Origin: Psammoneis japonica
Lineage: Eukaryota
NCBI GenBank assembly: GCA_008632985.1
Contig: QPGO01000010.1
Span: forward strand, 186,001-250,000
DNA: 64,000 nt
Direction: 5' to 3'
Shown: positions 22,770 through 33,101 of the stretch, one piece after another
Layout: every line of letters begins with the position of its first letter
Position numbering within the stretch: position 1 is the stretch's first letter
The notes under the pieces: generated by a model
Told to the model about the DNA's origin: nothing
Databases searched by the model: none
Seen by the model: only the letters and a program-made list of their open reading frames with translations
Program-made: the position numbers and the translations under genes

Positions 22770-25700
22770 CACAATGGCACCAACCAACTCAACAGCTGCA
22801 AGCCAAGGACACTGGCAGCATCTGGCAGGCTGCACAGCCATCACTTTGAGAGCTGTTGTTGGGAGTTGCAAGGTTGATCTTGTGATGGTGTGCTCCCATG
22901 TTGCCTTGTCCCCAACAGCAGCAGACTTGACTTTTTCCCAGCTCCAGCCAGAGTGAGAAGATCTCATGACAGTGCCTGCCAACCCAACAACTGCCAGCTG
23001 GGCACCAGGGGAGGGGGGGCTCCAAGAACTGCGGTTGGGTGTTGCAAGGTTGGTCTTGTGATGTTGTGGCCCTGTGTCACCTTGTCCTCATTAGAAGCAA
23101 CTCTTGCAGAGATCTCATTGTGGTGCTGACCAACCCAACAAGTGCTGGCAGAGGACTCTGGTGGCCTTTGCTGGACCCCAGGCAACACTTTGAGAACTGT
23201 GGTTGGCAGACATTGCATGGTTGATGTTGCAGTGATGTGGCCCATGTCTTGTCCTCAACAGCAGCTGACTTGAACTTCCAAACTCCAGAGTGAAAAGACC
23301 CCATGGCAGCACTGGCTTGGCTGCAAGCTGAGGGCACCAACAGTGTCCAGTGCACCCCAGATGTTTCTTTGAGCACTGTGGCTGAGCACTTCAAGGTCAA
23401 TCTTGTGGCTCTGTGGCCCCATGTCACATTGTCCCCAGCCAAAAACAGCAGCAGGCTTGACTTTCCCAGCTTCAGTGCCAGACTCCAGAGAGCAGGGATC
23501 CCACAACAGTGCCAGCCAGCCCAACAACTGCACTCGGAGGATGCTGGCGGTGTCTGGTGGACATCAGGGGACAATTTAAGAACCATGGGGCCAAGTGCTG
23601 CAAGGTTCATCTTGTGGCATTGTGGCTGCATGCGTGTCATGTCCAAAACAGCAGCAGACTTGGGCTTCCACCAAAGCAACTCCAGAGTAAAGTGGCGCCA
23701 ACCAAGTGGGCAACAGCGTGCTGAGGAGACATTGACAGTGTCTGGTGGACCCCAAGCAATGCTTTGAGAACTGTGGTTGAGCACTGCAAGGTTGATCCAG
23801 TGATGTTGTGGCACCATGTCACCTTGTCCCCACAACAGCAGCAGCAGACTTTACTTTCCCAGCTCCAGTGTGAAGGGATCCCATGACAGTGCCAGCCAAC
23901 CCAACAACTGCCAGCAGAGCACGCTGGTGGTCTCTGCTGAGCCCCAGGGGCAGCACTCTAAGAACAATGGTTGGGCATTGCAAGGTGGATCTTGTGGCAC
24001 TGAGGTTCCATGTCACCTTTCCCCAACAGAAGCAGACTCACTTGAAGCCCAGCTTCCAAACTCCAGGGTGCAGAGATCCCACTGTGGTGCCAACCAACCC
24101 AACAACTGCTGGCAGAGCATGCTGGCAGTCTTTGGTGAACCCCAGGTGACATTTTCAGAACTGTGGCTGGCAGACATTGCAAGGTTGATGTTGTGGTGTT
24201 GTGGTCCATGTCACCTTGTCCCCAAAACAGCAGACTTGACTTTCCCAGCTCCAGAGTGAAGGGATCCCATGACAGTGCCAGCCAGCCCAACAACCAACAA
24301 CTGCTGCCAGCAAAGCATGCTGGTGGTCTCCGCTGGGACCCAGGAGGGGGGGGGGGGGGGGCACTCCAAGAACTGTGGTTGGGCATTGCAAGGTTGATCT
24401 TGCAGTGTTGTGGCCCCATGTCATCTTGTCCCCAACAGAAGCAGACTTGGACTTCCAAACTGGTGCCAACCAGCCCAACAACTGCCAGCAGAGGACACTG
24501 AATCCAGGGCAAGACTTCAAAACTGTTGTTGGGCATTGCAAAGTTGATCTTGTGGCATTGTGGCCCCAGAATGTCACGCTGCATCCAACAGCAGCAGACA
24601 CAAACTTCCAAACAAGTGACAGGACCCCATGGCAGTGCCATCCAACCTGACAACAGCAAGCTGAGCAGTGTCTGGTAGACCCCAAGCAACACTTTGAGAA
24701 CTGTGGCTGATGATTGCAAGGTTTGTCTTGAAGTGTTGTGGCCCCATGTCACCTTGTTCCTGTCAGCAGCAGACTTGAATTTCCAAACTCCAGAGTGAAG
24801 GGACTCCAACATGATGGCACCAACTGACCTGACAGCCACAGACTGAGGGCACTGACAGTGTCTGATGGACCCCAGGCAACACTTCAAAAACTGTGGTTGA
24901 GCATTGAATGGCCAATTCTGTGGTGTTGTGACCCCCTGTCACCTCATCCTCAACAGCATGGCAGACTTGCCTTTCCCAGCTTTGGAGAACAGCAATCCCA
25001 TGACAGCGCCAACCAACCCAACAACTGCCCAGCAGAGCACACTGGCAGTCTCTGGTGGGCCCCAGGGGATGCTCCAAGAACAGTGATTGGGCATTGAAAG
25101 GTTGATCTTGTTGCCTTGTGGCCCCACCATGTCACCTTGTCCCTGACAGGAGAAGACTTGAGCTTCCAAGATCTAGAGTGAAAGGATTGTTCAATGGTGC
25201 CAAATGACCCATCAACTGCTGGCCAAGGGCACTGGCAGTGTCTGGTGGAGCCAGGGCAAGACCACAAAACCTGTTGTTCTTGGGCATTGAAAGGTTGATC
25301 TTGTGGCATTGTGGCCCCACAATGTCATGTTGTGTCCAACAGCAGCAGGTTTGAACTTCCAAACTCCAGAGTGAAAAGGACACCATGACAATGTCAGCCA
25401 ACCTGCCAGCAGCAAGCTGGGGACACTGGAGATGCCTGGTGGACCCCAGGCAACACTTTGAGAACTGTGGCCAAGCATTGCAAGGTTGATCTTTTGGTGT
25501 TGGGGCCCCATGTCACCTTGTTCCTGCCAGCAGCAGACTTGAACTTCCAAGCTCCAGATTGAAAGAACTCCATGATGGCACCAACTGAGCATTGGGGGTC
25601 TTTGGTGGACCCCAGGTGAGCCTTTAAGACCTGTTGTTGGGCACTGAAAGGTTCACCTTGAAGTGTTGTGGCCCCATGTCCTGTCACACCCAACAGCAGC

Positions 25701-25910
25701 AGACTTGGACTTCTGCCAAGCTCCAGTGTGAAACGACCCCCATGACAGTGCCAACCAACCTGTCGTCAGCAAGCTGAGGACACTGGCAGTGTCTGGTGGA
25801 CCCCAGATGACATGTCGAGAGCTGCAACTGAGCATTGCAAGTGCTGTTGTGGCCCCATGCTGTCACCTTGTCCACAACAGGAGCAGACTTGAACTTCCAA
25901 ACTTCTGAGT
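22770..25910. repeat. Satellite array, ~17 diverged copies of a ~185-bp unit
   Basis: The marker gcagacttg (or a variant) recurs 17 times between ~22921 and ~25883. Core: gggcattgcaaggttgatcttgtggcattgtggccccatgtcaccttgtccccaacagcagcagacttgaacttccaaactccagagtga...ggtggaccccaggcaacactttgagaactgtg. Confidence 0.93.
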
Positions 25911-26269
25911 TGCTTGTTCAAAGGTTTGGTTGCTGAGTGGCAGTGGGCGAGGAGAGCAAAGCTTCAAAGAGCAATCCAATGGGATTGCCAGAAATGCAGA
26001 GTTGTTTTGCAGTGGCAAAATGGCTTGAGGAGGAGAGCAGAGAAATTTGCACCAGCAGCATTTTTGAAACAAGTTTCTCTTCATTCAAGCCATCCTCCAT
26101 TTCATCCTGGTCTAAAGTTCAAGCAAGAGTGGATCTTGTGGGAGGGTTGGTTGGGTTGCAAGTCAGAAATGCAAGCTGAGCTTTGTTGACTGGTGAGTGC
26201 CACACAATTTTTGAAGCTTCCTTCCATGGTTGATGATGCAGTTGTTGCAGGCATCAATCATCCATGCTG

Positions 26270-27310
26270 ACCACATGCTGCTGACACTTGGAAAAGCATG
26301 GCATTCAAACAACCCTCTGCAATCTTCTACAAGGGGCAAAACTGGTGCCCTCACAGAGCAACAAGGAAGAGCTGCACAGACAGTGGACATGATTTTGTGT
26401 TTGCTGGCTGAGGTCCACTGCTGCAGCTGAAACAGAGTGCAGTGTGCAAGCACCATGGACCGAGATGTGAGCTCAAATTGCAGCCATGTTGGCTCCAGTG
26501 ACCTGGCACACCAAAAAGTGTTTGTGGCATGTTTGTTGTCAATTGACAGCTTCAAAGTGGTGTTGAAGAATGAAGTGCAGATTTAGATTGACCCATGATG
26601 CAATCTGGGTTGATGTTGGAGTTTGTCAAATTGTGGTGTGACAATGAGGCTGAGTTGGTTGATGAGCATTTCTTGTGGCAATGGGAAGCACAAATGAGAA
26701 CATGGATCAAATGACAGCTTGGCAATTGTGGGAATTGCTGCTTGACATTGTGGGTTGGGCTCTGGAGTGCAAATTGACATTCTTTGAAAGAAGGAAATGA
26801 CTCAAGTCTCAATGTCAAACAAGTTTTCTGTTGCCAAAGCCTTGTTTGCAACCACCACTCTCATGCAGTCTGGGTCCTGGAGTCAGGTGCATGGAAAACA
26901 CTCATCCTTTTTTCTCCAAAACAAGCAAGCTGGTGTGCTGACACTTGGACAAGCACAGCATCCAAACAACCCTCTGCAATTCTCTGCTGGGGGCAAAAGT
27001 GGTGCCCTCACAGAGGAACAAGGAAGAGCTGCACACACAGTTGTCAATTGACAGCTTCAAAGTGGCATTGAATGAAGTGAAGAATTAGACTGACCCGTGC
27101 TGAAATCTGGGTTGAAGTTGGAATTTTTGTCAAATTGTGATGTGATGATGAGGTTGAGTTGGTTGATGAGCATTTGCAGCAACACAGGAAGCATGATCAA
27201 CAACATGGATTGAATGACACATGACCATTGTGGGACCTGCTGACATTGTGAATTGGGCTCTGGAGTGCAAATTGGCACTCTTTGGCAGAAGGAAATGACT
27301 CAAGTTTGCA
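26270..27310. repeat. Tandem duplication (~26270-26820 and ~26930-27310, second copy with an internal deletion)
   Basis: Shared caaacaaccctctgcaat...ggggcaaaa.tggtgccctcacagag.aacaaggaagagctgcaca and gttgtcaattgacagcttcaaagtgg...gagttggttgatgagcattt...gggctctggagtgcaaattg. Confidence 0.88.
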
Positions 27311-30300
27311 GCTGGTGCATTGTTTCTTGTCACAAGGGAGCTGGGAGGTGGTTGTTCAATGAGAAGTTCATTTTGAAAGGAGAGCAGCTTCATTGTTCTC
27401 AGTCATGCAATGAGCACACAGCAGATTTCAACAAGGCAGGGTGTGCAATTGTCACATGCAAACAATCTGGATTGGTGGTGACTGCTTTGTGTGGTGCTCA
27501 ATGCAACAAAGAGCCAAGTGCAGCTGCAACACAAAAAAATGGGCAGTTGCGCTGAAGCTCTTCCACGCAAATGAGCTGGCTCTGAGCAAGATGCTGGGTC
27601 ACAAAACAAAACATTGCAAATCCATGACCATTGAAAAAACAATTTCAGCCTTGAATGACAACTTTGCCAATGACAGATTTGTGGCTGAAAATGAGTCAGT
27701 GTCAGAACATCATTCAGAGCCAGTTGCAGCAACAACCTTGCTTGATTTTTGAAAATTGTGACACCTCTGGAGAGTGCAATCACAGGTGCAAATGTTTTGA
27801 TTCATGTCAATGGTCTTCTTGTTGAGAGCAAGCAGACAGATGGTTTCCAGGTGCGCCACTGATTTCACACTGCAAACACTGGCAACTCCACCAGAACTGA
27901 CAAAAACTGGTCTGGCACAAACCAAGAACAATTGAGTTTTGTGCGCCATTGTGAAGGAGTTTGGTTTTGAAAACTGCTGAAAATGGATGGCTTCCTTCTC
28001 TTGCTGCTGTCAGGGGGCATGAGAAAAGCAAGAGTGTTGCAAGAAGCAAGGCAGAGGCACAAGGAAAAAGCCACCTTTTGAAGAGACGTCTTCAATTAAA
28101 ACATGAGTTTGCTGTTCAACACTGTCTTCTTTTGTGAGTGGCTGCATTTTTGTGCTAAATGCAAATGTCATTGCTCAAGCATGTGGTGCATGACTGTCTC
28201 ACTCATTGAAAACCATGTCATGCCTTGCATGTTTGTTGGATCAAACACTTTCAAAAGATCAAGAGGTGATGTGGGGGGCACATGTGGGCAGAGCTGCTGT
28301 CCAAAGAAATTCTGCCTCAACGACAGTGCATTTGAAGGCTTTGCCAGTTGTTGGAACACCTTGATCATGGGAGCCACAAAGGACCCAGGTGCATTGAAAA
28401 AAAGACACTTTGGCTCCTGACATGGTTCAATGGGTGACTCACAATGAGAAAAGCCTTGCTGTCACCAATCTCTCACTTTTGTTTTTCATCTCACTCTTTG
28501 GAGTGAATCATTTGGTTTGGTGTGTGATTTGTCATTCGGTGTCAGCAGGTGCCTGCCATCACACAAGTTCACAGTTTGTGCCAATGCCCTCAGCAACCCA
28601 CCACAGCTGTTGCAGTTTTCCAAGAAAGTGGCAAGTGTGAGGATGAGCAGCACAGGAAGCCCAACAGGATCCCCTTTTGTGATGTTGACTTGCTGGCTCA
28701 ACAAATCAACCTTCATGCACACAAAAAGATGTGAAGTTGTTTGCCCAGCAATCTGCCAGCAAGTTTGATGACTGAGAAAACTTCAAGTGTGCTGATTGAC
28801 AGACATTTTCAACAGTGCACAAATTTCACACAAGATTCTTAGACAGCAGCTGACCAGATGCCCCCCCCCAATGTTGTTTGTTGGCTGGTTGATGGGTCAG
28901 TTTTTCTGTTTTTACACAAGCATTTGGCGCTTGTTGCCCTCATCTAAAACCATGGGCGCATGTGACACAGCTCTCCCCAGCCCTCTCTGGTGCACCACTT
29001 CACATTGGCCTTCTCTGCAAGCAAGATGTTCTCCGCCAAATTCACCTTTGATGGACTGGTCATGCTGGGGTTGGCTTGTGGTTTGATTTGCTTTTCACGT
29101 CACTTTCTCCATGTCTGGCCCAATTGATGAAGAACCCAGCAGCCAGTGGCTGGACATTCTGCAAGAAGAAAGCATGGAAGCAGAGCCAAGGCTGGAAGCG
29201 GTGGCAAGAATGGCAACCATGTGCCTGCAAATTGTGCTGAAACTTGTGCTGCATTCTTTGTGTCTGTCAGATTTTTGTCATTTGCATTTGCCCATTTGCT
29301 CAAAAGCAAGAGAGCACCACATGAGCTGTGGTGCACTGCTTCACAGCCAAAAACCATTTCAAAAGAACAATCTCATCATTTTGATGTCTTCTGGCATTGT
29401 CCTTGCTTTTGTCTGTTGCAGGAAGCAAGAAGGTGAGGTTGCTTGAAAAACATTGTTTTTGTCAATGCCATTTCTTGGAGGTGCCCCAACAAAATTTCTT
29501 TGTCCATCACATGCAGCAACCACAACAGAGCTGGGTGGGACATGTCATGCTCTGGTGTTTGTAAAATCAGACCATGTGATTTGAGTTGCTGACTTCACAC
29601 CTTGTGGGCGCTGGTCAAGAGTGCAGAGAACATCTTGCCACTCTGCCGAGCCACTTGCTGTGGCTCAAATTGATGCTGGGCAACAATCTGAGGAGGTTCA
29701 AAACCATGTGTGGTGCTGTTTCTTGCCATCACTCTGAAGTGGTCTCTGCATGTTTGAGCCACTCATGTGAGCAAACAACCAACAACCCACTGACCCAGCC
29801 TTTTGCCTGCCCAAGTGCCCTGAAATGATGGGAGAGATGGAATGATGTGACCACCAGCGGGGCTCTTGTGCAACATGTCAACAACAAAGAGTGCAAAATC
29901 TTGTTGTGTTGAAAAAAAAACAGCACTCCTGTTGTGCTTCATGACATGAACCCCTCCCACCACACTTGGAAGGTCAGTTTGTGCTTGTTTGCGCCACACA
30001 CTTGTTGCCAAATTCTCCAATGGAGCAGCCACCAGCTGCCATTCATTGCAGCCACCCACCAGGCATGCATCCTTGGCTCAGCAGGCAAGCATGCAAGTGC
30101 ATGAGAGAGGTCTCTGAGTGATCTGCTTTCTTTCTCTCCCTCTTTTCCTTTTGGAGTGGCAAGAGCCAGACTGCCCCCGCCGGAGCTGAAAAAACTCTGG
30201 ACACTTGCAAAGTGGTTTTCCACCATCTGATCCACAGCCTGTGGCATGGCAGCATGGCTCTGCCCTCCTCTCCACACTTCAAGCCAGGCATGCCTGGGAG

Positions 30301-31284
30301 TCACGCTGTGGTCACATTTTGTGTGCTTTCCTGTGTGGTTTGCTTTTGTTTGGCTGTGTCTCTTGTTGTGCTCAACCCTGGCGCAAGTGTTCATGCCGAA
30401 TTGGAGAGTCATCATGCCAGCAGCCTTTCTGGTGTAGGCTTGGAGCCATGGGTGCAGCCATGGGGGCAGCAGGGGAGGCTCAGCTGGTCTTTGCTTTGAA
30501 CGAAATCCCCCCTCCACACATGCCATTCGAGAGCTCTTTTTCCAATGTGCAGCACTGCCACACCGGCAGATAACCTCTTGATGTGCGAATGTGCTGCTGC
30601 CTGCCAGCCACGCCCTTTTCAGTCTTGTTGAGCGTCATCGATGGAAGCCCTACATTTCGTTTTCTTATTCTTGAAGAGTGGAATCTTCTGCTATGCGCGA
30701 CCCCCAGGAAAAGGTGGTGATGCGGGAGGGAAGTTTAGAGTTGAAGATCAGAAATGCAACTGACACGCTTCCACACACATCACGCCACGTTGCACCAGCA
30801 CGGGGCGCAGCAGCAGCCGCACCTCGCCCGCATCTCACTTCATTTCCCTGCATGTGCTTCGCGTAGAGAGTGGTACAGTCTCTACGAGGAAATACTCAAC
30901 AGAACTTCACCCCGGCGCTGTGTTCAGAGCGCTGTTGACTGTTGACTGTTGACTGCTTTTCCTCGCATGCCAAGAAGAATCACCATCGAAGCCATCAAAG
31001 CACACCATCCGTGAAGCTGTGCCGTCCGATTACCGCTGCATTCTGCGATACGTCTTTTCGTGATCATTTCATATCGCAAACTTATTTGCTCAGTGCTCAG
31101 AGCCTTAGATCAGAACAAGGCGTCATATTGTTTTCTGAGTTCGGAGCATCAGTGTTGCGACGCCTCCTCCTTGCCAATCTTTTGTCGATATTAGCAGCAG
31201 AGCTCATTAGAGCAGCGCCCATAGAGCAGACTTACAACATATCATAGAGGTGAAAACTCATCCGAACGTACCCCCGGCTTAATA

Positions 31285-32760
31285 ATGAACATTCAAGCCG
31301 GAGTATCTGCGTCATCGAGCACAGCTGTGGTGGAGAGTGAACGGTCCATTCTCAAACGACGCCCGTGCTCCCTTCCCCTTAAGAAGCGAAAGTTAAGAAA
31401 TGTGAGCCCGACTGTCTGCGAGGTTGAGTCAGTAAGGGTTCTGCATGAGAGCGAAGAGTTGTCTTCCACTTGTACAGAAGCGATTCCTAAGAAGGTCGCA
31501 ACTGGTTCAGCAAGTAATCCGCTTTTCGCTTTGATTGCAGCTGCTTCGGCATCGCAGAAAAGAGTGAGAACGCCTTCCCCGGAACCAACAGTTGTATCGC
31601 TACCCGATCAGGTCTCTGTCGATAGAGGCGAACGGTCGGCTTCAGACGTCGTCAATCGAAAGGGATTTCCTGGATTCACGCCAAGTGACGCCAAGATTGT
31701 TTCGCCCCTTCAGCAGCAACAGGTTGTTTCACCCATGCCGAAGCTGCAACCATCGCCAGACGTTCCCATGACACTGAAAGATGGTTCAAGAAAAGTCTCT
31801 GCACCCACTCGTCAGCGTGTATACCATCCACCGCTCTTGGAACCATTGCCAAACGGCTGTCACGGACGTACATCTCGAAACAACTCGTTCTGTCGAAGGA
31901 AACCATGGTTTGTTGGCAGCAAGTACTGCAAACTCCACCATCAGCAGCATATCGCATCAGAATCTCATGAAGCTACCGAAAGCGTTGACGACCAGAGCGC
32001 TTCGACTGCGACCGTTGACAGACCGCGGCCACCCCTGCATCAAGACAAGCGATTCACTGGGCTCACCGGTGAATCTCGATGCCAAGCTACCACGACACGG
32101 GGGAGGGAGTGCGCCTTTGTGTCGACGAACGGGACAAATTATTGTCACCTCCACGCATACTATGACTCCAGTCCTTCACGCCGTAGGTGTGGGTCAAAGC
32201 CGACAAGGCACAAGACTCTTTCCTCCACGACATCAACTACATCAGAGGGACCATCCTCCATTCCTTCCTCTAGTCTGCAGAAGACGATCAAGCCTAAGAC
32301 GACACCTGCCCGACCGCAACTACTAGTAGATTCGCCTTATGAATTGTTAAGCTCGATTTCGTCAGACAAATGGTTAAACAAGGCCGTGTTGATATTTGCA
32401 GGACCTCTCGCCAAGCGCACTGGCCGTGTCGTTCGCTGGGGGAATGGTTGGGTGACGGTTCAAATGAATGCGGAGTCGGGTAAGACTGGCGTTTTGCACA
32501 ATAGACGAGCTGTAGAGCTCATACTGTTGCCACAAGACGACCAAAGCTGCGCACAAGACGGGGAAACTGGTGCACAAGCAGAAAAACAAAAAGCCGGCGA
32601 ACCAAGAGGAAATCTCCCTCAACCATTGCCTTCAATCTCTTCTCCCGAGAAAGGCGAGTCGTCACCTAATGTCGTGTCGGAAACACCATCTTGCAACCAC
32701 GGCGAAAATGACCTGAGTAGTTTGTCTTCCAGCGATCAAGAAAGCGTCCTCCCACGCTGA
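31285..32760 (+). CDS. Probable nuclear protein with two C-x8-C-x10-C-x2-H motifs and a KOW-like segment
   Basis: 491-aa ORF; NLS-like PLKKRKLR; CHGRTSRNNSFCRRKPWFVGSKYCKLH and CQATTTRGRECAFVSTNGTNYCHLH; VLIFAGPLAKRTGRVVRWGNGWVTV. Confidence 0.75.
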   Translation: MNIQAGVSASSSTAVVESERSILKRRPCSLPLKKRKLRNVSPTVCEVESVRVLHESEELSSTCTEAIPKKVATGSASNPLFALIAAASASQKRVRTPSPEPTVVSLPDQVSVDRGERSASDVVNRKGFPGFTPSDAKIVSPLQQQQVVSPMPKLQPSPDVPMTLKDGSRKVSAPTRQRVYHPPLLEPLPNGCHGRTSRNNSFCRRKPWFVGSKYCKLHHQQHIASESHEATESVDDQSASTATVDRPRPPLHQDKRFTGLTGESRCQATTTRGRECAFVSTNGTNYCHLHAYYDSSPSRRRCGSKPTRHKTLSSTTSTTSEGPSSIPSSSLQKTIKPKTTPARPQLLVDSPYELLSSISSDKWLNKAVLIFAGPLAKRTGRVVRWGNGWVTVQMNAESGKTGVLHNRRAVELILLPQDDQSCAQDGETGAQAEKQKAGEPRGNLPQPLPSISSPEKGESSPNVVSETPSCNHGENDLSSLSSSDQESVLPR

Positions 32761-33101
32761 AACATAATAGCATAGTGTACGTTACCGGAGAACAACTGTG
32801 TGTACAGGTGCAGAAATTGTAGGCCGTCCGAAAAGCAAGAAGTAAGGATTTTGCTTGGCGAACCAAACCCCAGATCCCTCTAGGAGTGCGATGGTCGGCT
32901 CAAAACACGGCGGTCCAGAAGGTTTCGACTGATGCAGCTCTTTCCACTTCTCCTATCCACATTCCTATTTCATCTGATACATAAGAGGATTCAGGTCGCG
33001 AGGACGACACTGGTCTTTAAAGCTCAGTATAAGGGATCACGCAGATCCAAATCGAAAGAGTAGTCTACGGTACTTTTCATCTAGCGCTGCCTTCATAAGG
33101 C

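Larger units (their letters stand above)
14540..30850. other. Hypermutated block 2: CpG- and TpA-depleted; contains pseudogenes, a satellite and duplications
   Basis: Same dinucleotide signature as block 1 over ~16 kb; somewhat less complete between ~15.8 and 21 kb. Confidence 0.9.

Noticed and set aside
22770..25910. CRISPR array or repeat-protein gene
   Set aside because: Whole units are homologous (no unique spacers), indels break frames, there are no cas genes, and the context is eukaryotic.
4900..30850. Many overlapping 60-300-aa ORFs in the two depleted blocks
   Set aside because: Loss of TpA removes TAA/TAG stops, so spurious Cys/His-rich, Tyr-free ORFs appear in all frames; not genes.
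4900..30850. Classical fungal RIP or alternative genetic code
   Set aside because: RIP enriches TpA and lowers GC, the opposite of what is seen. The depletion is frame-independent and also covers non-coding repeats, so recoding does not explain it.
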